DNA of 64,000 nucleotides from a virus (taxonomy: Duplodnaviria > Heunggongvirae > Uroviricota > Caudoviricetes): the IMG/VR virus record IMGVR_UViG_3300013126_000009. One strand, written 5' to 3'. The notes beneath the pieces are model-generated. The model ran no database searches. It was given only the letters and a program-made list of their open reading frames with translations, and was not told the origin of the DNA. Shown in pieces: positions 28,280 to 39,500 of this stretch. The position numbers and the translations under genes were made by a program. Each line of letters starts with the position of its first letter. Position 1 is the stretch's first letter.

Positions 28280-31200
28280 TTAGAGAATTTCCGATTCTGA
28301 TATATTTATCATTTCATTTTTAACCAAAGACATTATATCATCTATTTCGGTATCATCAAGAGACTCGACCATATGGTTTAATACCATATCATTTGCGTGG
28401 TCTTCATCGAATTCTTCTACAGTTATTTGTGTGGTTGTATCACCACTTAACGCCTTAATCCACATATCAGTTATCTCACCGATTGAAAGGTTAATGAAAT
28501 TGTCATAACCTATTTCACATACCTTATCAATCCAATAACCACAATTATCGGTTGTAAGTTCAACATCGATTGTTGTATCTTTAATTTTATGAACGAAAGT
28601 TGTCCATCTATCATAAAGATTACCATCGATAATCATTGGGAATATTTTACAATAAAATGCATGCCTTAAGTTAGCTAGGTCTTCAAATTTGAATAGCACA
28701 TCTAAGCCTATTATGGATTCATTATACTCTTTTGAAATAAATGATAATGTATTCGAATCAACATCAGCAAAAACCAATATACTATCTGGGATAAAACCTT
28801 CTGATTTAATTTTGTTTAAATCACTGACCTCTAAACGCTTCGAAATTTCAATAATTTTTTCTCGTTCTTCGGCTAATTTCTTTGTTTTTTCTTCCTTTAT
28901 GCGTTCGTTAAACTCAAACACAACAGATTTCCATTCATCGGCTGACATTTGATTTGGTATTTCATTTGCGGCCAACCAAAATTTTATTTCCTTATCCTCA
29001 ATTTGCATAAGTTCAGCATATGAGTCTTGGTCTTCAGATGATAAAGGATAACCAGCCACTAATTTACATTGACTTTCTGTAAAAAAACTTTTTTCCGTTA
29101 ATACCAGATTCTTAGTTTTTTTATCCGTAACCATATCGATAAGTATATTATTTCTAATATCCTCACTGAAACATACTAACAATGGAGTTATTCGTGTATT
29201 AAGTGCATTAAGATATCTTGGAGCATTATATTCATCAGTCGTAAGTTCTGGGTTAGCCTCAATTTGTTCTTGTGGTATTAATTTACAATTAAGTGTTACT
29301 GTTCTTTGACCAGTTTCCTTATCAGTTGTAACTGTAACATCACCTTTTGATTTTGTATCACCGATATTAACATAATAAATAACATCACCTAGATTTGGGT
29401 TTAAATCATGTTCCAATACCAATTCCATGTGAGCCTTTCTTGCTTTGTAGTTACCAGCCTTAGTTAGCGTTTTACAGTCCTTAAGATATTCACTAACACT
29501 TTCTTTAACCTTTGCTTTAGAAGCTATTTTAACCAATGGTATTTTATAATTATAAATCAATTCAACATATTCATTATAATGTTGAATGAATTCATAACCT
29601 TTACCATCTAAAAGTAATCGGATACCTTTATCCAAAAACTCTTCAATATAGGTTGGCATTTTTTTAGACTTGATTGAATTACCGACCAATTTGACCTTAC
29701 CATCAATTAGGTTAGCATAATTCTTTCTTTTGAAATTGATTGTTGATGTACAAACATCATCCACATCCAAACCCATCCATTTTTCCATATAGGTCTCATT
29801 AAAATACGCAACACAAGCATCAAGTCCAATCAATTCTTCACCAGCTTTATCTTTCGTTTTCCAATGGTCACCCTTTGCAGTATATTTAATTTCATTGATA
29901 TTTTTAGGTAATGCGAAGTTAACACCATCGGTATCCATAACCAAAGGTCTCAAATCATATTTTTCCTTAAATACTTTAACCAGTAATCTTAAGTGTTGTC
30001 TTGACATGCATGTGATTTTTTCAGCACACATGCTATCACCCCATGGGAATATGTACGGTGCTCCGAATGACCCATAGAAAGAGTTTGCCAATATTTTAAG
30101 TGGTAATTGTTTTTTATCATAATCTGAAGCCATTTTAGATGCCTTTTCAATTTCATCTTCACTAGCATTTGATTCTTTAAGTTTTTTTGCTTTAAACTTA
30201 TAATCACCTGTTAAAGTTTTGTAAGTGTCCCGTGTATCAACAACATATTTAAGAAGACCCTTCATCACACCACTGATATCCAAATCTGGAAAGATGTCAT
30301 AAGTTAATGTTGTTTTTGGATAAAGTGCAGCATAATCTAATTTCGCAACGTTCTCTGCAAAACCAGTTTCCAATAATCTTGATAAACCACCAGTAAAATC
30401 TCTTTTTGGTTCATAATCTGGAATACCTAAACCGTTCTCATATGACCATGCTAACAATATCAATGTCCACTGACCAGCAGTACCCATTGTTGAACTTCTC
30501 ATATAAGATGTTGGTAACAACTTGGCCAACAGGAAAGAGGCTTGATTATAGATTGCATCAACTTTCTCTGTTTCCCAAAGGTCATCTAAAAGGTATCTTT
30601 GAACAATATAGTCACCCTTAACGATTTTTAATGGTTCTGATAATTCATTAACATATCCTGAACCCTCTAATAGACCCCAAGAACCGTCTTCGTTATTGAA
30701 CCAATAGTCACGGGTATCAGCCCATGTTGAATGTATTTTATCACCCTCCACATACACACGATTCTTCTTATTGATTTTTGAGAATTTTGTAATGTATTTA
30801 AGACCCCAACTCTTTATGTCTGAATTAATAGCTTGCGCTCGTCTCACAGCATGAGATGTATCCAATATGTTTGTACCCCATAGAGTTGTTTGAGTATATC
30901 GTTCAGTCTCATTACCCAATTTTAGTGTTGAATTCTCGATTCTTTTCAACGGTGTTTTACCATCAAAACCAAACAATAAACCACTAAAATCAAGTCCCAA
31001 CCGCTGACATCTTCGCTCAAAATAATCCCAATCGAAGTTCTCTGAATTATATCCAGCGATAATATCAGGTTTTATTCGCATAACCTCATTGGCAAATGAA
31101 ACAATATTTAATCTTTCACTGTCACGTCTTTCTTGTTGTGTTTCACCAATGGTTTCTAAAACCATTTCGTAACCCCTATTATCTCTTAAACCTATTTGAA

Positions 31201-31753
31201 ATATGGCATCAGTCTCAGGATTAAGACCCTCAGTTTCAAGGTCAAATTGAAATCTGTGTAGGTCGTCATAGTCTTCCATACCCTTAAACATTCGTTTACC
31301 AGTCTGAATCAAAAACTGTTCAGCTGGTTGAATTCTCATGACTAACCTTGAATTCTCTTTCTTAAATGGGTCAAAACCGCCTCGTTTGAAAAAATTTATA
31401 AGGTCGTTGGGTGTTTTACTACATGTTACAAGATACTTAAAACCTCTTGACATTCTAGCTGGTATCTTACCTTCAGAATTATCAGTTTTTAACGCCTCAA
31501 TCTTAATACCATACTTAAGCATCGCATCCTTTAACTTACCCCTATTTCCACCATATAGTTGTTTACCAACAACCTCTTTCATCCAAAGAAATGGTCGATA
31601 TGTGTGAACTTCTACACGCTTACCCGTGTCTGGGTCATTAATGACCAAGTATGCTTTATTCTCATCATTTGGCGCTTCAATAGCAACGATATATTTCTGT
31701 TCATCTTTACCTGCAATGAACCGCTCAATCACTTCAAAATTGATTTCAGACAT
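28280..31753 (-). CDS. polB: Family B DNA polymerase with 3'-5' exonuclease and a C-terminal extension
   Basis: ExoI FDLETEG, ExoII YNSENFDWDY, motif A DYAALYP, motif B KILANSFYG, motif C DTDG, RKNYA; no intein seen. Confidence 0.95.
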   Translation of the reverse strand: MSEINFEVIERFIAGKDEQKYIVAIEAPNDENKAYLVINDPDTGKRVEVHTYRPFLWMKEVVGKQLYGGNRGKLKDAMLKYGIKIEALKTDNSEGKIPARMSRGFKYLVTCSKTPNDLINFFKRGGFDPFKKENSRLVMRIQPAEQFLIQTGKRMFKGMEDYDDLHRFQFDLETEGLNPETDAIFQIGLRDNRGYEMVLETIGETQQERRDSERLNIVSFANEVMRIKPDIIAGYNSENFDWDYFERRCQRLGLDFSGLLFGFDGKTPLKRIENSTLKLGNETERYTQTTLWGTNILDTSHAVRRAQAINSDIKSWGLKYITKFSKINKKNRVYVEGDKIHSTWADTRDYWFNNEDGSWGLLEGSGYVNELSEPLKIVKGDYIVQRYLLDDLWETEKVDAIYNQASFLLAKLLPTSYMRSSTMGTAGQWTLILLAWSYENGLGIPDYEPKRDFTGGLSRLLETGFAENVAKLDYAALYPKTTLTYDIFPDLDISGVMKGLLKYVVDTRDTYKTLTGDYKFKAKKLKESNASEDEIEKASKMASDYDKKQLPLKILANSFYGSFGAPYIFPWGDSMCAEKITCMSRQHLRLLVKVFKEKYDLRPLVMDTDGVNFALPKNINEIKYTAKGDHWKTKDKAGEELIGLDACVAYFNETYMEKWMGLDVDDVCTSTINFKRKNYANLIDGKVKLVGNSIKSKKMPTYIEEFLDKGIRLLLDGKGYEFIQHYNEYVELIYNYKIPLVKIASKAKVKESVSEYLKDCKTLTKAGNYKARKAHMELVLEHDLNPNLGDVIYYVNIGDTKSKGDVTVTTDKETGQRTVTLNCKLIPQEQIEANPELTTDEYNAPRYLNALNTRITPLLVCFSEDIRNNILIDMVTDKKTKNLVLTEKSFFTESQCKLVAGYPLSSEDQDSYAELMQIEDKEIKFWLAANEIPNQMSADEWKSVVFEFNERIKEEKTKKLAEEREKIIEISKRLEVSDLNKIKSEGFIPDSILVFADVDSNTLSFISKEYNESIIGLDVLFKFEDLANLRHAFYCKIFPMIIDGNLYDRWTTFVHKIKDTTIDVELTTDNCGYWIDKVCEIGYDNFINLSIGEITDMWIKALSGDTTTQITVEEFDEDHANDMVLNHMVESLDDTEIDDIMSLVKNEMINISESEIL

Positions 31754-31817
31754 TAAATAATTTTGTTTAATTATTATATATTACGAAAATTTTTTAACCA
31801 TAGACCTATGGTCACGA

Positions 31818-31848
31818 CAAATATACAAAAAAACTTAGCTAATTACAA
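31818..31848 (-). promoter_or_regulatory. Bacteroidota-type promoter for the DNA polymerase
   Basis: Minus strand TTGTAA-N17-TATATTTG. Confidence 0.65.
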
Positions 31849-31865
31849 TAATTTTCGTAAACTGT

Positions 31866-33017
31866 TTAGTACACCCAGAAGCCTAAAGGTCTGTATTTTA
31901 AAGCTTGATTGAGAAATTCAGCTTCTTTGGCCCCTCGCTCAAGTTGCGAAGTCGATGATAATCTAACTAACCTCTCATCCAATCTTTCTAAGATAGCCTT
32001 TCTTTCTTCATTACCTTCCGATATTAAAGTTTCATAGTCAAGTGTACGTTCAGCTTCTGGTGGTCCAACGATACCACCAAATTTACCTCTTGTCCTACCC
32101 AAAGCCCTTTTAGCTTCAGCAAAGAATAATTGACGTATCAATGTTTTTGTTGGTTCATTGAACCTCTCATACTCTAATTTAGCTAACGGCACGTCATTTG
32201 GCATTAGGATAATGTCAGGATTTTCAAGTCTACATTGGTCAACGTTTTCTGGTGTAGTATCATAATAATGGTACCATACTTGGCAACCCGTCATATTGAT
32301 ACTACTACTCGTTGCACCACCAATACCATGACCAAATGATAATTTTGAGCCTGGTGTCGACATCAAATGTAATAATCTTGTGCCATTAGGCCCAGCAGTT
32401 ACTTTATATACCAATTCACTTCTTAATATCCTGTTCTTCAAATTAAAATCTGAAGCTGTTAATAGAATATCATAGGCTGGTGCAATATAATAACCACCAG
32501 CACCACCAGCGCCAGCAGCATTAAATCCACCACCTGTTGAACCTAATTGACCATAACCACCACCAAAACCATAATCAATACCAGCATAATTGGCAAATAA
32601 CGCCATATCTGTTGTTGGTGGTGTTATCCATAAAACCTCATTTATTTCTCTACCAGCTGGTATTTGATATACTTGTTTACCAGCTTCCAATTCAATATAA
32701 TCCTTTTTAAGTTCCCATGGACCTCTTGCTTGTAAACCGACTTGTTTTGAATAGGCATAAGTGTATGATGTCATAAAATCCAAAGACCTTACACTTAATG
32801 CGAATGACATATCAATCGTATCAACATTCTGGCCCAGTAATGATTGCCATTGATGTTCAATCAACCATTCTTGTACATATTGAGAATAATCCTCAATTGC
32901 AATTTCTAATAAGGTGCATAATTGTTCGTCTGTAAGTTCTATGTTTCTTATGGGAGCACCCATCGTATGTCTGAATCTTTCAAACAATTTTTCCTTTTCT
33001 GAATTTGATACTGCCAT
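31866..33017 (-). CDS. Neck protein / head-tail adaptor (T4 gp13-like)
   Basis: MGAPIRNIELTDEQL N-terminus, AEAKRALGRTRGKF, C-terminal PLGFWV. Confidence 0.72.
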   Translation of the reverse strand: MAVSNSEKEKLFERFRHTMGAPIRNIELTDEQLCTLLEIAIEDYSQYVQEWLIEHQWQSLLGQNVDTIDMSFALSVRSLDFMTSYTYAYSKQVGLQARGPWELKKDYIELEAGKQVYQIPAGREINEVLWITPPTTDMALFANYAGIDYGFGGGYGQLGSTGGGFNAAGAGGAGGYYIAPAYDILLTASDFNLKNRILRSELVYKVTAGPNGTRLLHLMSTPGSKLSFGHGIGGATSSSINMTGCQVWYHYYDTTPENVDQCRLENPDIILMPNDVPLAKLEYERFNEPTKTLIRQLFFAEAKRALGRTRGKFGGIVGPPEAERTLDYETLISEGNEERKAILERLDERLVRLSSTSQLERGAKEAEFLNQALKYRPLGFWVY

Positions 33018-33060
33018 CTTATATTTCTTTTTATATAAATATAAGAAATTGCAGTAATCG

Positions 33061-33318
33061 TCATTCGTTCAGTAGTTTTTTAATTATAGAAAAACCCTCT
33101 TCAATCGTCATAAATGATTTTTCTGGTATAAGTATTTTTTTCTTAACAATAACCACAGGTACACTATCGGCACCACTGATTTCCATTATCTTATTGAACT
33201 CTAACTTATATTTTTTATCGTTAATATCAATGTCTTTGAATTCAATATTATCTTCTTTTAATAGACCCTTTAATTTATCGCAATAAGGGCAACCTTCCAT
33301 TGTATATACTCTAACCAT
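33061..33318 (-). CDS. Glutaredoxin
   Basis: VYTMEGCPYC, SVPVV. Confidence 0.9.
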   Translation of the reverse strand: MVRVYTMEGCPYCDKLKGLLKEDNIEFKDIDINDKKYKLEFNKIMEISGADSVPVVIVKKKILIPEKSFMTIEEGFSIIKKLLNE

Positions 33319-33320
33319 AA

Positions 33321-35123
33321 TTATTCAATTATATCTTTTACTATTTCATCAATTTCATTATCACCAATAATTTGGTTAATAACATTCTTTTTATGTTTCA
33401 ACGTATACCACATTCTTGTGCTAATCGTATCATCAAATAATTGGTAATATACTGAAACATTATTTTTCTGTCCAATTCTGTAGCTGCGGTCTTCGGCCTG
33501 TTCATTGTTACCAGGCACCCAATCAAAAGAATTAAAAACTACAGTATCTGCCGCAGTTAATGTTATACCAACACCAGCAGACATGATGTTACCTATAAAT
33601 ACCATTTTACTGTTATTATTTTGAAAATCATCAACAGATTTTTGTTTTTCCTTATCACTCATTGACCCGTGATGGACAACACATTTATTACCATAATATT
33701 CTTGTAGTTCCAATAATTCATCAGTAAACGTTGTAAAGATAATAACCTTCTTATCTTCTTCAATCGCATTATCCGTTAATTCAATGGTATTCGGTATAGC
33801 TTTCATTGCTATAAATTGTCTAAGTAATATTAACTCAACTAAGTCTCTTTGCGGATTACCTCGTTTTTTCTCTTCTTTACGCTTTATAAGGTACTCTTCC
33901 CATAAATTATCATACTCAACCCATTCTTTAGACGTTAGTTCATTATAGACTGGTATAATCGTCTTATCAGGCATATCGAGAACATTTTCTTTCAGACGCC
34001 TTAACACTTTATTTTTTACCCTAATGGCTAACTCATCCAAATTAGAATTACCATCAATTAACCAAATGTTTTTAATCTTACCGTTCTTCATTTTTTTCTT
34101 AAAGTTCTTGGCATCGCAATATCTTTTAACATAAAATTGCCAATTATCAGATAATGGGTGTCCAATGATTTTAAGTAGATTATAAAGGTCTTTTGGTCTA
34201 TTTGCTACTGGGGTACCAGTTAATAACCAGACGTTCTCAAAATCGTTTTTTTTGACCAACTCGGTGACAATTGAACCCCTTATACTTGTGTGATTTTTTA
34301 AGTAATGAGCTTCATCGACAATTAAAGTATCGAATTTCTCATCAAGAATATGTGTTAATTCTTCAATTGGCTTTTCACCTCGTTTTTTAACAGTATGAAA
34401 GTTTTTAAGAATATCATAATTAATTATTGTGTATTTTGCGGGTTTCCATTTTCTACCACTGATTATTGAGGTGTCGTATTCACCGAACATATTAATTTCA
34501 CGTTCCCAATTTATTTTTGTTGATGATGGACATATTATCAATACCTTTTTTGATTCAGCAGCCAATGTCGCCATAACCGATTGGATGGTTTTGCCCAGGC
34601 CCATGTCGTCCGCCAAAATACATTTTTTTCTTGACACCAAGAACTTAATACCTTCCTTTTGGTGTTCATATAACTTTCGACCTAATTTATCTTTTGCTTC
34701 ATATTTTTCAAAATCAATATCGATATCTATCGGTGTATAATATGGGTCTTCCAAAACCTGTGTTTTTGGAAACCAGTACATTTCATTTTCTTTTTGGTTT
34801 TTCTTTAGTTTACCATAAACATGAAAAGACTTTTCATTTTCACCTAGAACAAAACCAAAATAAACTTTATTTGGAACAAATGGTAATTCATATTTGTTCT
34901 TTAGTTCTTCACCTAAATAATCAGATATCCCAATTACCCTATCAACTTTATATGGTTCAAAATCAAAATTTTTGAGGATATATTCTTCCTGTGTCGATGT
35001 GAGTGATAGTTTACCCTTTTTAATTAACTCATTTTTAAGTTTTTTAAGATATGGATTTTTACCATTATATTCTCGTAACTTATTAAGAGCCGCAAAACCT
35101 TTTATGTTCTCAATTTTAATCAT
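33321..35123 (-). CDS. SNF2-family helicase/ATPase
   Basis: ILADDMGLGKT, IVDEAH, LTGTP, AGVGITLT, QAEDRSYRIGQ. Confidence 0.93.
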   Translation of the reverse strand: MIKIENIKGFAALNKLREYNGKNPYLKKLKNELIKKGKLSLTSTQEEYILKNFDFEPYKVDRVIGISDYLGEELKNKYELPFVPNKVYFGFVLGENEKSFHVYGKLKKNQKENEMYWFPKTQVLEDPYYTPIDIDIDFEKYEAKDKLGRKLYEHQKEGIKFLVSRKKCILADDMGLGKTIQSVMATLAAESKKVLIICPSSTKINWEREINMFGEYDTSIISGRKWKPAKYTIINYDILKNFHTVKKRGEKPIEELTHILDEKFDTLIVDEAHYLKNHTSIRGSIVTELVKKNDFENVWLLTGTPVANRPKDLYNLLKIIGHPLSDNWQFYVKRYCDAKNFKKKMKNGKIKNIWLIDGNSNLDELAIRVKNKVLRRLKENVLDMPDKTIIPVYNELTSKEWVEYDNLWEEYLIKRKEEKKRGNPQRDLVELILLRQFIAMKAIPNTIELTDNAIEEDKKVIIFTTFTDELLELQEYYGNKCVVHHGSMSDKEKQKSVDDFQNNNSKMVFIGNIMSAGVGITLTAADTVVFNSFDWVPGNNEQAEDRSYRIGQKNNVSVYYQLFDDTISTRMWYTLKHKKNVINQIIGDNEIDEIVKDIIE

Positions 35124-35134
35124 AATATCACATA

Positions 35135-35163
35135 ATTATAAATATAAATTGAATAAAAATCAA
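35135..35163 (-). promoter_or_regulatory. Promoter for the SNF2 gene
   Basis: Minus strand TTGATT-N17-TATAAT, overlapping an ATATTTATA motif. Confidence 0.5.
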
Positions 35164-35213
35164 TGATTGTTCCTTATTAATGATTAGTTTGATATTTATA
35201 GTAAAAACGTGAT

Positions 35214-35735
35214 ATGCCAAAACCTAAAATAATACCGATAACCAGAAACTATAAATTCTTTTCTCAGGAGGATTATGAATTGGAAATCCAAATGGGTAGA
35301 GAAGCTTTAGAGGGTGATGGTAATTTTACCATCATACTTTATAGAGTAGATAGGGAAATGACACCATCTGATATTTATAATGAGGCAAGAATGAATGAGG
35401 TTGCATATAAACCACCTGTTGAACTTAAAGTTATGCCATTATTGAATGAACCTGAAAACAAAACATTTAATGGTAATAGTGGTGGTCTTAGAGATTTACA
35501 GGATGGTCAATTGGTTTTTTACATCTATCAATCGCAATTGGATGACTTAGGTGTCGAAATATCTTATGGTGATTATATCGGTTATCCAGTTACTGAAACT
35601 GAAGTTAGATTTTTCAGTGTAGTTAATGACGGTATTAAAAACTACGATAATAAACATACCATAATGGGATATAAAGGTGCATATAGAACTGTAACATGCG
35701 CCCCTGTTGATTATAACGAATTTCAGTCCTCGTAG
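35214..35735 (+). CDS. Probable neck/head-closure protein (gp14-like position)
   Basis: 173 aa; IYNEA, ISYGDYIGY; first gene of the neck-sheath-tube cluster. Confidence 0.5.
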   Translation: MPKPKIIPITRNYKFFSQEDYELEIQMGREALEGDGNFTIILYRVDREMTPSDIYNEARMNEVAYKPPVELKVMPLLNEPENKTFNGNSGGLRDLQDGQLVFYIYQSQLDDLGVEISYGDYIGYPVTETEVRFFSVVNDGIKNYDNKHTIMGYKGAYRTVTCAPVDYNEFQSS

Positions 35736-35749
35736 ATATATTTATTATT

Positions 35750-36511
35750 ATGAGAGAGGTAATAATTTATACGTTATCTGATGGGTTAGATGTGAAATAT
35801 GTTGGTAAAACAGTCTCACCTGAAAGTCGTATGTATATCCATATTTATGATGCAAAAACTAAAAGTAAATTAAATAAAAAGGATGAATGGGTAAAGGGTT
35901 TGCTAGATAATGGTAAAAAACCTATAATGGAAATAATTGAAATTGTAACAGAAGACGATTGGGTTTTTTGGGAAAAATATTGGATAAATCAGTTCAAGGC
36001 TTGGGGTTTTGAGCTTAAAAATATGACTAATGGTGGTGGATGTACCTATAGAACACCTATATCTGATGAAACTAAACGTAAAATGTCATTAAGTAAAAAG
36101 GGTTTAATACCTAAAAATATAGAACAACTAAAGAAAAGTCGAGTTAAACCAATTATCCAATATGATACTGACGGTAATGAGTTAAAGGTTTGGGAATCGA
36201 TGAATGATGTTAGAAGAAACTTATCTATTAATAATATAAATTTATCTGCCAATGGTAAACGTTGTACTGCTGGTGGTTATATTTGGCGATATATTGATAA
36301 TCCATTAACTAAAAATGATTTACGGATTATTAAAGATAAATTAGAAAAACAAATACCTAAGAAAATATTACAATTAGATAAGAATGGAAATTTAATTAGT
36401 CGGTGGGAATCTGTTAATGAGGTCAAGCAAACTTATAAACATATAAATGCGGTATTAAGAGGTGATAGGAAATCTGCTGGTGGTTTTTTATGGAAATATG
36501 AAAAAATATAG
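35750..36511 (+). CDS. GIY-YIG homing endonuclease with NUMOD3/NUMOD1 repeats
   Basis: IIYTL...KYVGKT..R, EKYWI..F, NMTNGG, SDETKRKMS, two QYD/QLD...W.S...AGG(Y/F).W.Y repeats. Confidence 0.82.
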   Translation: MREVIIYTLSDGLDVKYVGKTVSPESRMYIHIYDAKTKSKLNKKDEWVKGLLDNGKKPIMEIIEIVTEDDWVFWEKYWINQFKAWGFELKNMTNGGGCTYRTPISDETKRKMSLSKKGLIPKNIEQLKKSRVKPIIQYDTDGNELKVWESMNDVRRNLSINNINLSANGKRCTAGGYIWRYIDNPLTKNDLRIIKDKLEKQIPKKILQLDKNGNLISRWESVNEVKQTYKHINAVLRGDRKSAGGFLWKYEKI

Positions 36512-36517
36512 CGAATA

Positions 36518-39500
36518 ATGGCATTACCTAAAGGTTTTAGAAATAATATAAAGTTAACATCACCAAAAATTGGTGTTCCAAGACGTCAGGAATTATTGGA
36601 TAATATTGCTGATGATGGAACTTTTTTACCCAGAGGTGTCCATTATAAGGATATTGACGAAACGTTTATTGAATTTGTAAATAAGGAACTTCACATTGAA
36701 ATTGATGGTAATCAAGTACCTGTCATCTTTTTAACACTTCAAAGATATTCAGAATTCACAAAAACATGGCAATTTACTGATGAATATAAAAACATCAAGA
36801 TTCCATTTATAACCATTGTAAGAAAACCAGATGTTCAAGTTGGTACAAATTACAATGGATTGTATAATATACCTGGTAGACCGACATTCACCTACTATAA
36901 AGTACCAACCAATGATGGTACGAGAGTTGGTGTTGACGTTTATAAAATCCCACAACCAACATCTGTGGATATAACCTATGAAGTTAGGTTATTCACGAAT
37001 AAAATGTCTGATTTGAATTTATTGAATGAAAAGGTTCAGAAAAAATTCCAATCAAGGCAAGCATACATTTGGCCTAAAGGTCACCCAATGCCAGTTATGT
37101 TGGAAAGTATCGGTGACGAATCAAACATTGATGATTTTGAGAATAGAAGATTCTATGTTCAACCATTTGAAATGTTATTGGCTGGTTATATTTTGGATGA
37201 GGATGATTTTGAAATAATGCCAACAATCAATAGGGCTATGGTTATGAGTGAGATTGAAGTTGGCGATGGGACTTCAACACCAATAACTGATGGTAGAAAT
37301 TGTAGTGGGCCTATTGTTGCAGCACAAGGTAGCGTTATTGTTAAAAATACAAATAATACAGTATTATCGGTAGTTACATGTGGTGAAAATTATGTTGTTG
37401 GTAATTCATTGATTTTTAATTCTGGTAATACATATAGTCAAATTCTTCCAGCAACAACAAATTTACAATTACCAAATGTAACCAATTATGATAGTGATGG
37501 TAGTGCTGTATTAACACCAGCTATGGTTGGATTTACAGCTACTACTTGTCAACCAGTAACCATTATTAACTCTGGTAGTACATATTCAGCTAGTACGTCT
37601 GCTGGTAGCACATTTCAACTACCTAATATAAACGTTTATGGTAATAGTCAACTATTGTATTCATACCCTTCAGTTGAGGATGTTGATGTCAATATCACTA
37701 ATGGATTCGATAGTGTTGGTTCTATTAGTGGAACATCATATTATATATCAGCATCGACAATAAACAATTCTGGTAACACGTTTAATGTTTCAATACCAGC
37801 TGAAAGTGGTTATACCTTACCAAATGTAACCAATTATGATAGTGATGGTAGTGCTGTATTAACACCAGCTATGGTTGGTTTCACCGCTACTACTTGTCAA
37901 CCAGTAACGATAATCAATTCAGGTAGTACATATTCAGCTAGTACACCGTCAGGTTCAATTTTTCAATTACCTAATATAAACGTTTATGGTAATAGTCAAC
38001 TATTGTATTCACAACCTTCGGTTGAAGATGTTAATATCGGTATTACCAATGGATTCAATAGTGTTGGTTCTGTTAGTGGAACATCATATTATATATCAGC
38101 ATCGACAATAAACAATTCTGGTAACACATTTAGTATAAGCGTACCAGCTGAAAGTGGTTATACCTTACCAAATGTAACCAATTATGATAGTGATGGTAGT
38201 GCTGTGTTAACACCAGCTATGGTTGGATTTACAGCTACCACCTGTCAACCAGTAACCATTATAAATTCAGGTAGCACCTACAGTGCTAGTACGTCTGCTG
38301 GTAGCACATTTCAACTACCCAATATTACAATAAGTAATACTACGGGTACAACAATTACCACAATACCTTCAGTTGAAAATTATATTATACCTGATGTCAA
38401 TTGGACTGATTCGGATGGTACAAATTATTCAACACCATATGGTGAACCGATAAGCGCAACAACCTGTGATTCACTAACAGTATCAGCAACCTCCAGTTCT
38501 TCTACAGTTGTGTTTGGTGATACTGTATCATTTTCAGCCATATCTGAATCAATATTAACATCGGTTGATTGGTATGTTGATGGTATATATGTTGGTTCTG
38601 GTATTAATTTTAATTGGGCTTCCGAGTATTTATATGGGTTGTTTGATGTTGAGTGTGTGGCTAGTAATGGTAGCAGTGAGGTGGTTTCAACATTTCAACT
38701 TAATATTATCGTTCGTCCATACGAAAGGCCTTCGGATTGGTTGGACATTGATAGTCTGGTAAGTCCTGGCGATGAAAAAATAGTAGGCTTGTTTGCTGTA
38801 TTTGACAGCGATTCAAATGTAGTGGCATTCAGATGTCAAGGAAATTATCAGGTAGATTGGGGTGATGGCACGGTTACAACACACGCTTCAAATACGAATG
38901 CAGAACATTCCTACACGTATTCTTCTATTAGCTCATCAACATATTCAACTCGTGGATATAGGCAGGTCATCATAACAATAACGCCTCAAGCTGGTCAGAC
39001 TTTAACAAGATTTGATGTTACTCCATATCGACATTCAAGTAGAACGTGGCTGTATTTGGAACAGTGGCTTGATGTTAAACTATCGGTTCCTAATTTATCA
39101 TTCCACCAATTCAACGGTGGTACCAATAAGTTTTTTGGGATGCTTGAAAAGTATGTGATGATTGCTACTGGGTTAACGTCTTATCTATCATTGATGAGTG
39201 GCAATCGTTCATTAAGACATTTAGAAGTTCCTCCGATAACTGGAAGTTATGGGTCAATATTAATCAATTGTGGTAATATAGAATATTTCAATCACGATTT
39301 TTCAAATGCAACTACATTATCAAATGCTTTTCAAGGTAGTGGTTTGAGGTATCTGGAGGCCAATGTTCCAAATGCTGTTGTGGCATCAGCATTTTATCAA
39401 GCATATTCATTGATGAATGTGAATATAACAAATATTATTGGTAGTTGTGATAATATGTTCAATCAATGCTATTCGCTTAGAAAAGCCAATTTGACAGGAA

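Noticed and set aside
28280-35123. Inteins or introns in PolB or SNF2
   Set aside because: Catalytic motifs are normally spaced, and I saw no C/S...HN splice motifs or LAGLIDADG inserts.
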